Made by a program: the position numbers and the translations under genes. The notes beneath the pieces were generated by a model. That model was not told the origin of the DNA. It saw nothing but the letters and a program-made list of their open reading frames with translations, and did no database searches. From a virus (taxonomy: Duplodnaviria; Caudoviricetes), in IMG/VR virus record IMGVR_UViG_3300045594_000343, positions 3,370 through 67,369 of that record: 64,000 nt of DNA. One strand, given 5' to 3'. Below, piece by piece: positions 36,814 to 47,193 of the stretch (positions are counted from its first letter, which is position 1; the number at the start of each line of letters is the position of its first letter).

Positions 36814-38217
36814 ATGATTACGATTGAGTATGGAAATGTAACCTGTAAGGTAAACAATTTAACTGATTCTACCATTAAATATGAAATTGCGAACAAACTG
36901 TCATATGAAACTGGTGGATTTGGTGCACCAAAACAGCTACACGTCATTTTTAATCCTAAAACCTGCATTTCTTATACAGGTCTAATCCCCTATATTATTA
37001 ATATATTAAAAAAGCATAAATTAGAAGTACAACTTATCGATAAAAGAATAGAGCCAGAATCAAATGCTAATTTTAATATTGTTGATGGTATTGTGCCACG
37101 TGATTATCAGCAGAATGTTTTTGATAATGCGCGTTCTCGCATGATTGTACAAATGGCAACTGGAGCAGGAAAAACACTTGTTCTTGCAGGGATGATTTCA
37201 CAGTTCGATGTGAAACCTGTAATTGTTATGTCACCAAAAGCAACTCTAGCATATCAGCTCCGTGACGAAATTGCAAAATTTTTGGGTGTAAAGGTTGGTG
37301 TTTTAACGGGTAGTGAAAAAGATATTCAAGACATCACTGTTGCTACTCCCCAAACTGCATTGAAATCAGAGGTTTTACCAAAAGCAAAAGCATTGTTGGT
37401 AGATGAGTGTCAGTTTTTAGGTTCGCATACATTGTTTATGGTAGCTAGAATGGCTAGAAATGCATATTACCGTTGTGCCGTATCTGCAACTCCATGGCGT
37501 GATGGAACGGACGATATGCTGATTGAAGCATCTATTAATGTACGCAATCCGAAATCAAATGTTAATGCAACTACGTTAATTAAAAAAGGTAAACTTACTC
37601 CCTGTGAGATTAATTTTATCGAACAAGAAGAAAATTGTCAATGGTTGGGCTCTTATGCAAAAACATATAATTGCGCAATTGTAAATAATACTAGTCGCAA
37701 TAATAAAATTATGAAATTGGTTAAAAGTAGCATTGATAAAAATCTTGGTTCAATTTTGGTACTTATTAATAAAATTGAACATGGCAACATGCTTCTGAAT
37801 CGCATTAGAAAAGAAATTAATGACGAAACTTTTGAATTTGTGCACAATGGAAAAACATTCACGCTTCATCATTCTGAATTCATTAGTGGAGTTACTTCAA
37901 TGGAAGAACGCATGGCAATTCTTGAAGCTTCTCGCCAGGAAAAAGTTACGATTCTTATTGGTTCTACTATTGCGGATGAAGGTTTAGATGTTCCTGCTCT
38001 AAAAGTTCTCATTTTGGCAGGTAGCGGAAAATCTTCCACTCGTGCTTTTCAGCGTGTAGGACGTGTGCTTAGACTTTTCAAGGGTCGTAACAAAGCATAT
38101 GTATATGACTTTATGGATATGATTCCTACGTTCTACAAACATTATCTGTATAGAAAAGCTTTATATTGTACGGAACCGGCATGGAAGAATAATATGCATT
38201 GGATTAAAGTTTTTTAA
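36814..38217 (+). CDS. Superfamily 2 DNA helicase (UvsW/XPB-like)
   Basis: PRDYQ, ATGAGKT, LVDECQ, SATPWR, DEGLDVP, QRVGRVLR. Confidence 0.9.
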   Translation: MITIEYGNVTCKVNNLTDSTIKYEIANKLSYETGGFGAPKQLHVIFNPKTCISYTGLIPYIINILKKHKLEVQLIDKRIEPESNANFNIVDGIVPRDYQQNVFDNARSRMIVQMATGAGKTLVLAGMISQFDVKPVIVMSPKATLAYQLRDEIAKFLGVKVGVLTGSEKDIQDITVATPQTALKSEVLPKAKALLVDECQFLGSHTLFMVARMARNAYYRCAVSATPWRDGTDDMLIEASINVRNPKSNVNATTLIKKGKLTPCEINFIEQEENCQWLGSYAKTYNCAIVNNTSRNNKIMKLVKSSIDKNLGSILVLINKIEHGNMLLNRIRKEINDETFEFVHNGKTFTLHHSEFISGVTSMEERMAILEASRQEKVTILIGSTIADEGLDVPALKVLILAGSGKSSTRAFQRVGRVLRLFKGRNKAYVYDFMDMIPTFYKHYLYRKALYCTEPAWKNNMHWIKVF

Positions 38218-38223
38218 AAAACC

Positions 38224-38252
38224 TTGACACAAATAATATTATATGATATAAT
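38224..38252 (+). promoter_or_regulatory. Consensus sigma70 promoter, extended -10
   Basis: TTGACA, 17 nt, TGA-TATAAT. Confidence 0.88.
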
Positions 38253-38273
38253 GATTAACAAGAGGTGAAGGAA

Positions 38274-39503
38274 ATGAAAAAAATTATAATGATTATAATC
38301 AGTTTTATTGTTTTCGCAATTAATTTTAGTCCTCACATTGTATTTGCAAAAATTCAAACAATTTCTGCCACAAGTGAATACATTATGGGCGATGGCGAAA
38401 ACAAAATTGATTCTCAAAAGAAAGTTCAAGAACTTGCAATCAGAAACGCTGTTGAACAAGTTGGCGTTTATGTTGAAAGTTATTCAAAAACGGAAAATTT
38501 TCAGCTAAAGCAAGATGAAGTATCAACAATCTCAGCTTCCATTATTAAAATAAACAATTCTGAATTTATTTGGAAAATGCAAAACAATGGAATTTTTGTT
38601 GTCACTTGCAATTTGTCCATCACCATGGATGATTCAAATTTGGATGAAATAATTAAGCACGGCGTTGATAACAAGAAAAAAGAAGAAGAAAACCAAAGAT
38701 TGAGAAAGGAAAGTGAAAAAAATCAAGTAAAGATAAATGATTTGGAAGCAAAAGTTCAAGAGTTGAAAACCGCGACAGCTATGGGTTCTTCTACAAATCC
38801 AATTTCACTAGCATGGTATGATAGGGGATTGAATTGTGAAAAAGAAAAAGATTGGAATGGAGCGATTGCAAATTATGAAAAAGCATTACTAAATGACGAT
38901 AAATTTATTCTGTGTTATATTCGAGAAAGTTATTGTTACACAGTAATGTCAAAAATGAAATTTTCTGATGAAGCATTATATAGAGCATTAAAAATAAACG
39001 ATAATTTCCCTGAAGTATATTATTCATTAGGTCAAAATGCATTTTTCGAAGACGAATTCAAAAAAGGTTTAGAGTATTTGGAAAAAGCTAGAAATCTAGG
39101 ATTTAATACAGGAAAAATGTATTGTTATACGGGAGCTTGTTATAGAGAATTAGGCGATTATGATAAAGCTTTTTATTATCTTGTTAAATCATGTGACATG
39201 GATAAAAATGAACCACTTGCAGTATATGAATTAGCAAGATACTATGATACTATGAAAGATTACGACAATGCTAAATATTACTTCAAGAGAGCTTATGAAA
39301 TTGATGATTCATACACTTACTATTGGTACTACATTGGATATTTATGTATGAAAAATGGCAAATATTCAGAAGCAATAAATAATTTTCAATTATATATTGA
39401 CAAAGAAACAAGAATTGAAGAATTGTATTCTTCTGAACTTAGTTCTTTGTTGGAAGAATGCCGACAACGTATTGCAAAATGTCAACAATATTTAAATGTA
39501 TAA
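38274..39503 (+). CDS. Exported TPR-repeat protein with LPP20-like N-terminal domain
   Basis: Signal peptide MKKII...HIVFA; AIRNAVEQVGVYVES; coiled coil; multiple TPRs (WYDRG...AIANYEKAL...). Confidence 0.78.
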   Translation: MKKIIMIIISFIVFAINFSPHIVFAKIQTISATSEYIMGDGENKIDSQKKVQELAIRNAVEQVGVYVESYSKTENFQLKQDEVSTISASIIKINNSEFIWKMQNNGIFVVTCNLSITMDDSNLDEIIKHGVDNKKKEEENQRLRKESEKNQVKINDLEAKVQELKTATAMGSSTNPISLAWYDRGLNCEKEKDWNGAIANYEKALLNDDKFILCYIRESYCYTVMSKMKFSDEALYRALKINDNFPEVYYSLGQNAFFEDEFKKGLEYLEKARNLGFNTGKMYCYTGACYRELGDYDKAFYYLVKSCDMDKNEPLAVYELARYYDTMKDYDNAKYYFKRAYEIDDSYTYYWYYIGYLCMKNGKYSEAINNFQLYIDKETRIEELYSSELSSLLEECRQRIAKCQQYLNV

Positions 39504-39522
39504 CGAAAGAAGGAAAAACAAA

Positions 39523-40344
39523 ATGAAAAAGATTATGGTACTTTTCACAATGCTTATGATTATCATGAGCACTTCCGTATTCGCATCTTCATCGCAGTCA
39601 AAAGGTGATGTAAACTGGGAGAATAGCACGATTGAGGGTGTTGGAGTAGGAGTTGCACCACCAACAGCTCTTAATCCCGGTCATGCCAAAGCACTAGCAC
39701 GTCGAGCTGCTATTGTCAATGCATATCGTGCTCTTGCTGAAACCGCACAGGGTGTTACCATTGATGGCGAAACCACAGTAGAAAACCTCATGGTAACTAA
39801 TGAAGTAACAAAGACTAAAATCTCTGCCGTTGTTAAGGGAGCAGAAATCATCAAAGAGGACTATGATGGTAATGGTATGTACACTGTTACTATGCGTGTT
39901 AAATTGTATGGCGTGTCAAACTCAATTGCCAGCGCTGTCATGCCACAGACAAACGTTATTGAACCATTGCCTACACCCAATACCAACACTTCCACTCCTA
40001 CTCGCCTGAACGCTTCTGGAGCGTATACCGGGGTTGTGATTGATTGCCGTGGACTCAATCTAAGTCCTGCTATGAGTCCTGTTATCAAAAATGCTTCTGG
40101 TCAGCCAATTTACGGTTATAAAAACCTCGATTATGATTATGTTGTATCAAATGGTATGGCAGGATATTCAAAAGATATTAACACACATCCTCGTGCAGGT
40201 GCAAATCCTCTTATTGTTAAAGCAATCGGCGTGGACAACCACAACACTTATCCTATTGTATCTGACGAAGACGCAAATAAAATTCTTGTTGAAAACAGTG
40301 CAACAGGATTCCTTAATCGCTGTGCAGTAGTATTTGTTCGTTAA
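39523..40344 (+). CDS. LPP20-like exported protein
   Basis: Signal peptide MKKIMV...SVFA; ARRAAIVNAYRALAE..QGV.IDGETTV, YTGVVIDCRGL, PAMSPVI, NPLIVKA. Confidence 0.75.
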   Translation: MKKIMVLFTMLMIIMSTSVFASSSQSKGDVNWENSTIEGVGVGVAPPTALNPGHAKALARRAAIVNAYRALAETAQGVTIDGETTVENLMVTNEVTKTKISAVVKGAEIIKEDYDGNGMYTVTMRVKLYGVSNSIASAVMPQTNVIEPLPTPNTNTSTPTRLNASGAYTGVVIDCRGLNLSPAMSPVIKNASGQPIYGYKNLDYDYVVSNGMAGYSKDINTHPRAGANPLIVKAIGVDNHNTYPIVSDEDANKILVENSATGFLNRCAVVFVR

Positions 40345-40345
40345 T

Positions 40346-40386
40346 AAAAAAGCCCCTTGATTATTTTTAATCAAGGGGCTTTTTTT
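40346..40386. terminator. Bidirectional intrinsic terminator
   Basis: aaaaaagccccttgatta-tttt-taatcaaggggcttttttt. Confidence 0.9.
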
Positions 40387-40645
40387 ATTTTGTTCTTTTT
40401 ATAGTTAATCCTTTATTTTCTTCAAAGACCAATTCTTTTTCTCCATTTGAAACGCTTTCAATGAATGGCCCAAATAAAGAACAAAAAGATTCGACAAAAT
40501 CCGAGCCGTCATTATTTAGATTTTTTAGTACAATTTTAGTAATTATTTTTTGACTATCCACATCTTGTGAATCTTCAATTGCAACATCAAACGTGCTATT
40601 TAATGAATCTAAAACCGCCTGGATTTTAGTTTCTAATTCGTCCAT
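40385..40645 (-). CDS. Small acidic hypothetical protein
   Basis: 86-aa ORF with AGGAG RBS. Confidence 0.7.
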   Translation of the reverse strand: MDELETKIQAVLDSLNSTFDVAIEDSQDVDSQKIITKIVLKNLNNDGSDFVESFCSLFGPFIESVSNGEKELVFEENKGLTIKRTK

Positions 40646-40674
40646 AAAATCACTCCTTTTTGTTTATATTATAT

Positions 40675-43600
40675 TTATTTTGAAGCCGATTTTATAATTG
40701 TTGTATTGTCCCATGAATAATACATAAAGTCTGTTAAATCAACAAATAATGATTCTGTAGTATTAAATTTTATTTCAATCATTGCTTTAGTATTATTAGA
40801 TAGATACGCCGAAACCCTTGTAACTTCCGTTGAATCCGTCAAATCAATATTTTCTACACTATTTACTTTAATTGATTTGTTAATTCTATATCCAAACTCA
40901 TCTAATGGTGTTATTTCTCGAATTGTTTTATTACACTTAATGAACAATGATGGATAATAATTAATATCGCCACTAGTCCAAATCTCCAACATATAATCGT
41001 CTTCATCATTTTGCAAACTAAATTTATTATCTATCCAAATATTATTAACATAATTATTGTTCTGAGAAATATCTTTTATTGCTTTTGTTTGAATTAAAAA
41101 CTCGCCAGAATTAAACGATAAAACATATACATTTTTTGAATCATAATACATGCATAATGGATTGTCATCAATTGTATCTATTCCCATTTCCATTAAATCA
41201 GTAAATGCTTGTGACTCAACAGAATATTTTGCAGTATATACAACAGCAACAGAACGTCCAACTAACAACAAGTCCTGTTTTGCTATTAATTGCGTGTCTT
41301 GTAATGACTCGCCATACACAGCTACTTGTTCATACTTGTTATCGATATATGTTCCATATGTTGAAGTTTTTGTGCCATCTGTTACTGAATCATAAAATAA
41401 TCTTAATCCATCTAAATTATCTGTACACACGCTAAAATTATTAAAATTATCTGTATAAACATTTTTTATTTTTATTTGTTCTGTTGTTAACGTTTCTTGT
41501 AAATAAGTTGAAGAAGTATAATCGTTATCCAAAACGCTTTCCACAATATTCATATACGGTTCTGTATCAATACAAGCTAAATACCAACCTCCACTATTTT
41601 TCAATGCAATCTTTGGAGCATGATTGTGCAATGTGTTATTTACTAACTCTTGCTGTTCCTGATATAATTCACCATTACGATACCATACCCCACTAACATT
41701 GGAACAATAGCCAAAATCTTCTTCCCATACAATCATAACTACATTATTTTTTGAATTGATTTGTAAATCAGGATTCAAATATTCATTAACTAAAGCGTTT
41801 GATTCAATAATCATACCTTCTTCAATTTTATGTTGAACTGAATCTCCATCACTATTATAACCTTTACAATTTGTACAATATACTACTTGCTTTCCGCATG
41901 TAAATACTAAATGTATATTCCCGTTTTTATCGCATTTCATTGCAGAATATATATGATTTGCCTTTATTCCATAATCAACTAACAAAAATTGGTCTTTTGT
42001 CGTTTCATTATATGTGTATATTTTTCCTCTATCAAAAATATAAAACAATTTATCAATTGAGTTATAAACAAAACTACGTTCGTTTGGCAATCTATCACCA
42101 TATACAGGTTCAAAATTTGAAGCTAATGTTTTAACTGTAATTATATCACTTACTCCATAATTTTCTCCATATAAGCAAATCAATTTAACTTGATATGTAG
42201 TATTTTGCATCAAGTTTTTTAATTCAAAATCATTAACTGCATCTACAATTTCCTCATTCCATATAATCCCATCCATACTATATTGAATATAAACAAAACT
42301 AGATACATTTGTACTTGTTATTTCAGCTAAATCATCCCAATGAAAGACGATACTATGTTTGTCTTGTTTTGTACAGGTAATGTTTTTTGGACTATTACCT
42401 GTAGTTGTAATGTCTATCTGATTTGAAAGGTCTCCATAATGACTACCATTTGGCATTACAAAAACAGAATAATAATGTCCTTTTTTGAAATTATTAATAA
42501 CAAATTGTATCTCTGTTTTTGTTGCTGTTGGCGTTGATATAACATGTGATACATTTTCCACTTCTCCGTCTATGGTTTCATCTGTATTTAAATCCAATGC
42601 ATAAAACGAAATTGATGAATACGAATCTTTTATACTAAATTTAAATGTACCAACTGTTCCTACAAGCGATACCAAAGATAAATCATCCACAGGTTTTTTG
42701 CTTGTTTTCACAGAGATTATATTAGAATATACGCCAGTAAATCTACCAGGAAAATACATTCTAAATAAATAATCTGTATCATAATTTAATTTAGAAATAA
42801 CTGTACTGCAATTTGTTATTGGATTCACAGAAGTTGTCCAATTAACTCCCCCATCAATAGAATATTGAAATTTATAATTTTCTGCACCATCAATAGAAGT
42901 CCATTGCAATGTTGCTGATTTATAATCACTTGCCGTACATTTAAGATTGTTTGTTAATGAAACCCAATTAGAATATTGTTCTACTGAATTGACTAAATAT
43001 GCCAATCTGTATCTATATGTCACTTCATTTAAATTTGTTATAGTAGCTTTTTCAGAATCTTTTGAAATTGGTTCCTTTGTCGTTGCTGTGTACCAATCAT
43101 CGCCATCAATACTTTGTTGCACTTCCAAATAAGTGGAATCCTTTAATTTTGTCCATTCCAAAACTAAATCCTGACCATCTAATGAAATCGTTAATGGTCT
43201 GACTTCATTAGAAACACCTTCTGCAACACCACCAACAACTCGAAATCTAAACTTAGTTATTCTTCCATCAAAATCGCATGAGAAAAAATAATTTTTGTTT
43301 GGAATAACGCACAAATCGTTCCATGTTTCAATTGAGTATTCCAATGTCTGACTAACAATATTGTTAGGGGGTTGCCATGATAAATTAATATTTTGTTTTT
43401 TATCATTATCTAATGTTCCATTTAAATATAAAACACCTTTTGTTTTGTCTGTCCTTGTGAATTCAACTCTAAATTTTAATTTTCCTGCTGGCAAATCAAT
43501 ACCAACTGCTGAATTATCCGTTACAGATAATGGCGTGATTAACGCGACTGGTTGCCAGCTATCTTCCTCTAGTTCTTGCAAGTATATTTTTTCTGCATTT

Positions 43601-44796
43601 CTAACAGGAGTCCATGCAAAACTTACTGAACTATTTGTAATAGAAGCAATCTGTAAATCAGAAATGGGCGCAAACACTTCTGCCAAATCAGTATCAATTC
43701 TAACAAAATAAATTTCATTATCTTGTCTAACAATTGTATATAAATTACTATTTACGCAATACCCATACAACATTTGCCAATTATTATTGCTTAATTCAGT
43801 AACACTTGTCCACGTTGAACTGCTATAAGCCTTTTTTAAATATTGTATTGATTCGCTTGCTAAATTATATAACACATATAAACAATCATATTCATCACAA
43901 GTGATATAAGGATATTGATTGTTTTTTGCATTATTTGATATTGTAGTTACCTCTTTTTGCTCCATGTCAACAATTGAAGTAACATTAATATTATCAGTGG
44001 CATAACTATCTTTTGTATTCAACCATGTCAAATATACAACATTATTAGAATCTCTTGTCATTGTCTGATGATAATTATTGTGTATATCATCAGAAGTTAA
44101 TTGTAAAAATTGATTCCATTCCTGGTTAATATAATCATATTGCGTATAAAATATCTGAGACAATCCATTATAATTTTCTTCTTCCCATGACATAGCCAAC
44201 GTATTTCCTGTTAACAACATGATTTTACCATTATGTTGATTAACTGATGGTTTTGAATTAATTACAACGTTATATTTTAAAGCATAATCTGCTGTTGAAA
44301 GCATTGCATAATGTACGGCATATTTATTATTAGAGTTGAGTTGGTCAAACAATAAATGAATGAATGAACCGTTATCATCCGTACAAATATCTGTAACACG
44401 ATTATTAAATGTTGTGTCTGAAAAAAGTTTTGTCCAAGTTTCATCCCACACCATTGTTATGGTGTCAGAAGTGCTACTAGTATCAACAGTTTTCTTAATA
44501 AAATAAATGGTATCTATAGCATTAGAATCCATTCCATGCGCAAATACATACCAAGTGGTATCAATAACAATTATTTTTGCATCATACAATGGATATGTAT
44601 TAATAGGTAAATTTTCATCTAGTGTCCACGTTTCGCCATCATCAATAGAATAGTATAAATCTAGCCATTCCGTTGAATCATCATTTTTCATGCTCATAAC
44701 TGTATATAAAATATCGTCAGAGTCTTTATATAAATATGGTCTCGAACCATTTAATGTAATCAAATTTTGATATACATATTTTGAAATATTTGCCAT
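40675..44796 (-). CDS. Large virion-like protein with fibronectin type III and Asp-box/beta-propeller-like repeats
   Basis: YSIDDGETW, QSIDGDDW, YSIDGGVNW and YSMDGIIW Asp-box-like motifs; several ...S..L.W...Y.FR FN3 units. Start MANISKY (GGGAG RBS). Confidence 0.7.
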   Translation of the reverse strand: MANISKYVYQNLITLNGSRPYLYKDSDDILYTVMSMKNDDSTEWLDLYYSIDDGETWTLDENLPINTYPLYDAKIIVIDTTWYVFAHGMDSNAIDTIYFIKKTVDTSSTSDTITMVWDETWTKLFSDTTFNNRVTDICTDDNGSFIHLLFDQLNSNNKYAVHYAMLSTADYALKYNVVINSKPSVNQHNGKIMLLTGNTLAMSWEEENYNGLSQIFYTQYDYINQEWNQFLQLTSDDIHNNYHQTMTRDSNNVVYLTWLNTKDSYATDNINVTSIVDMEQKEVTTISNNAKNNQYPYITCDEYDCLYVLYNLASESIQYLKKAYSSSTWTSVTELSNNNWQMLYGYCVNSNLYTIVRQDNEIYFVRIDTDLAEVFAPISDLQIASITNSSVSFAWTPVRNAEKIYLQELEEDSWQPVALITPLSVTDNSAVGIDLPAGKLKFRVEFTRTDKTKGVLYLNGTLDNDKKQNINLSWQPPNNIVSQTLEYSIETWNDLCVIPNKNYFFSCDFDGRITKFRFRVVGGVAEGVSNEVRPLTISLDGQDLVLEWTKLKDSTYLEVQQSIDGDDWYTATTKEPISKDSEKATITNLNEVTYRYRLAYLVNSVEQYSNWVSLTNNLKCTASDYKSATLQWTSIDGAENYKFQYSIDGGVNWTTSVNPITNCSTVISKLNYDTDYLFRMYFPGRFTGVYSNIISVKTSKKPVDDLSLVSLVGTVGTFKFSIKDSYSSISFYALDLNTDETIDGEVENVSHVISTPTATKTEIQFVINNFKKGHYYSVFVMPNGSHYGDLSNQIDITTTGNSPKNITCTKQDKHSIVFHWDDLAEITSTNVSSFVYIQYSMDGIIWNEEIVDAVNDFELKNLMQNTTYQVKLICLYGENYGVSDIITVKTLASNFEPVYGDRLPNERSFVYNSIDKLFYIFDRGKIYTYNETTKDQFLLVDYGIKANHIYSAMKCDKNGNIHLVFTCGKQVVYCTNCKGYNSDGDSVQHKIEEGMIIESNALVNEYLNPDLQINSKNNVVMIVWEEDFGYCSNVSGVWYRNGELYQEQQELVNNTLHNHAPKIALKNSGGWYLACIDTEPYMNIVESVLDNDYTSSTYLQETLTTEQIKIKNVYTDNFNNFSVCTDNLDGLRLFYDSVTDGTKTSTYGTYIDNKYEQVAVYGESLQDTQLIAKQDLLLVGRSVAVVYTAKYSVESQAFTDLMEMGIDTIDDNPLCMYYDSKNVYVLSFNSGEFLIQTKAIKDISQNNNYVNNIWIDNKFSLQNDEDDYMLEIWTSGDINYYPSLFIKCNKTIREITPLDEFGYRINKSIKVNSVENIDLTDSTEVTRVSAYLSNNTKAMIEIKFNTTESLFVDLTDFMYYSWDNTTIIKSASK

Positions 44797-44873
44797 TATT
44801 TTCTCTCCCTTATATCGTTCTAACAATATAATAGAAAAACCTGTTTGCAAAATATGCAAACAGGTTTATTTTT

Positions 44874-45728
44874 TTACTTACACAATTTAGAATTAAGATT
44901 AAATTTTTTCATAGTTAAACATTCATTTAATGTTTGTTTATGAATATTTCCCCACTCAGTTCTATATTGTTTACAAACCTCACAAGGAACGATATATCCA
45001 TCTGATGTAACAACAAATTTTTCTCTACCTGCGGTACAACAATTATTCAAACCAAGCATATATCTTAATGGATTCCCCAATCTAATGTTGATTTTTTTCT
45101 TATCAATAGAATTAATAAATTGAATTAAATCAGTATTTGTTGGCAATAAATCTTCAGTACATCTTCCTTGTGCAACTGCTTTAAGAATAGATATTCTATT
45201 TACATTATGACTTAATGCAAAATTAATCACTTCAGAAAATCCAATCAAATTAACAACTAATGGCACAAAATGTAATTCAATATTAGTGTATTTTTCAACA
45301 TTTTTTATACTTTGTTGAAAAATATCCCATCCGTTTTTGGTTTGCGATATATAATTATAATCATTTCCAACACCATGACAGCTAAAAATAATTTTATCAA
45401 ACATTTTATTATCAATCACTTGTTTGATTTGTTGTTCTGATATTGGATTTCCATTAATATTGCCACAAGTATAAATACTAAACTTTATGTTTTCTGATTG
45501 AAGTAAATTTAATATTTTAAAAATATCAGGATGTAGAAATGGTTCTCCACCAGATATTGATATATGACAGTCTTTATCAATGTAAGATAAAGATTTTAAT
45601 TGTTTAATTAAATCTTTTATTTGTTCAAATGATAATATCGTTGTATCTTTTGCAGAAGAATTTGAAGAACAATGTATACAATGTTGCATACATCTATTTA
45701 ATATTTCTAGTGTAATACTATTGAACAA
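44874..45728 (-). CDS. Radical SAM protein with SPASM/Twitch-like C-terminal domain
   Basis: CMQHCIHC (CxxxCxxC), ISGGEPFLHPD, C-terminal CCTAG...V..DG.I.PCEVC...WGNI. TTG start abuts the thyX stop. Confidence 0.85.
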   Translation of the reverse strand: MFNSITLEILNRCMQHCIHCSSNSSAKDTTILSFEQIKDLIKQLKSLSYIDKDCHISISGGEPFLHPDIFKILNLLQSENIKFSIYTCGNINGNPISEQQIKQVIDNKMFDKIIFSCHGVGNDYNYISQTKNGWDIFQQSIKNVEKYTNIELHFVPLVVNLIGFSEVINFALSHNVNRISILKAVAQGRCTEDLLPTNTDLIQFINSIDKKKINIRLGNPLRYMLGLNNCCTAGREKFVVTSDGYIVPCEVCKQYRTEWGNIHKQTLNECLTMKKFNLNSKLCK

Positions 45729-46409
45729 TTAAACTTCACTTCTTACATTTTCTTTTGATACAAACTTCTTATATAAATCCTCAAAAAATACAGGATAACG
45801 TTCATACATCATTTTTAATAGTGTTGTCATTGACATTCTAATGTCAAGTTGTGCATGGGAATCACAACGCAACTCAAAAATATGTCTCCATTCTCTAATA
45901 TTAGCACCCATAACAATAGTCGTTGCTGTGCATTGTGGCAATACTGACCGTGCTTCTTCTGGCTTGCATCCCAATTCAATTAATTTAAAATAAGATTTTT
46001 CAGATTGTGAACAAGCATCAAACCATAAATCAAACTTATCTTTATCACAACGACCATCTTCTGTTAACATTCCCTGTGGAATAACAAAACCAACGCTATG
46101 ATTAAATTTATCTTTACTATAATTTACATAACGCATAGATTCGATTGCGAAGCTTGACAATCTCTGTCTTGTGATTTGCCCCATATAACTTCTATCTGCT
46201 ACAATTTTAACAGTAATATTATTCATTTCAATTGGCGAACCATGACCAACTGCAATCAATCGTCTTGCCAATTTTTCTGCATCTTCCATATTATTATTAT
46301 TATCCGTAGCACTCTTATAACAATTCCTAGCTGCGGTATTAAATGTCATTAATACTGTTTCATAAGATGGTGGATAAACAAATTCTACACTCGGATTTAC
46401 AATGTTCAT
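45729..46409 (-). CDS. thyX: Flavin-dependent thymidylate synthase
   Basis: GHGSPIE, RQRLSSFAIESMRYV (RHR-x7-S variant), PEEARSVLP, NIREWRHIFELR, HAQ.DIR. Confidence 0.88.
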   Translation of the reverse strand: MNIVNPSVEFVYPPSYETVLMTFNTAARNCYKSATDNNNNMEDAEKLARRLIAVGHGSPIEMNNITVKIVADRSYMGQITRQRLSSFAIESMRYVNYSKDKFNHSVGFVIPQGMLTEDGRCDKDKFDLWFDACSQSEKSYFKLIELGCKPEEARSVLPQCTATTIVMGANIREWRHIFELRCDSHAQLDIRMSMTTLLKMMYERYPVFFEDLYKKFVSKENVRSEV

Positions 46410-47176
46410 TTAACATTCTCCTTTTTTATTAATTCTTCTGCTTTTTTCAATTTATCTACTAATTGATTTATTGAGTTTGCAGTAATCATTACTTCATTAG
46501 AAATATTTTTATATATCATACCTGATATTAAATATTTCATTAAAACTTCTGATTGCATATTACTAAATCTATCAATAGATTTTATTGTGCTCATGAATTT
46601 ATTATATTCAATTTGATTATGATTTTCCCATTCAAATTCTCTCATTTTATTATCTACTGCTTCTCGCACTCGATTATCATAATCTTGTCCAATTTCTTTT
46701 TGCAATTGAATTCTTTCTTTTTCTAAAAACTGTTTATGTTTTCGTTCTAATGATTGTAGCATACCTGCCACAAACCCCTCTGATAATGCGCAGGATTCGA
46801 TTTGAGAGGGCTTTTTGGTTTGACGTAACTTACCATTCGTATATTCCATTATTCCCCAAGCAACCGGGATTTCTATATCCTCGGTAATTAATCCTTTAGG
46901 AGTAACTAGATAAAACAAATCGCAATATTTAGCAATAGCATTTGATTTACTTCCATCTTTTAATTCATGTTGCAAGTCCGATTTTAACGTCTTTATTTCA
47001 AATGCTATCTTTTGATATTTTTTTGATGGATATAAATTATAAGCAAACCCGTCAATTTGTCTTCGAGATAAAGCCCCAGTTGCATTTGGAACTTCTGTTA
47101 AAAAAATCCATTCAGGAAATTCATATTTTTTATTTAGAGCTTCTTTTATATCCCTTGTTAACTGCCGATTATCCAA
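46406..47176 (-). CDS. PD-(D/E)XK nuclease, MmcB-like
   Basis: EV...R.ID...AFEIK..KSD...ELK...K......CD.FYLV.P.GL......WGI. Confidence 0.7.
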   Translation of the reverse strand: MDNRQLTRDIKEALNKKYEFPEWIFLTEVPNATGALSRRQIDGFAYNLYPSKKYQKIAFEIKTLKSDLQHELKDGSKSNAIAKYCDLFYLVTPKGLITEDIEIPVAWGIMEYTNGKLRQTKKPSQIESCALSEGFVAGMLQSLERKHKQFLEKERIQLQKEIGQDYDNRVREAVDNKMREFEWENHNQIEYNKFMSTIKSIDRFSNMQSEVLMKYLISGMIYKNISNEVMITANSINQLVDKLKKAEELIKKENVK

Positions 47177-47193
47177 TATGAGGACACTCCTTT

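Noticed and set aside
36814-38217. Inteins in helicase, PhoH, RecA or SbcC
   Set aside because: Lengths are normal and there are no C...HN/[CST] splice-junction motifs.
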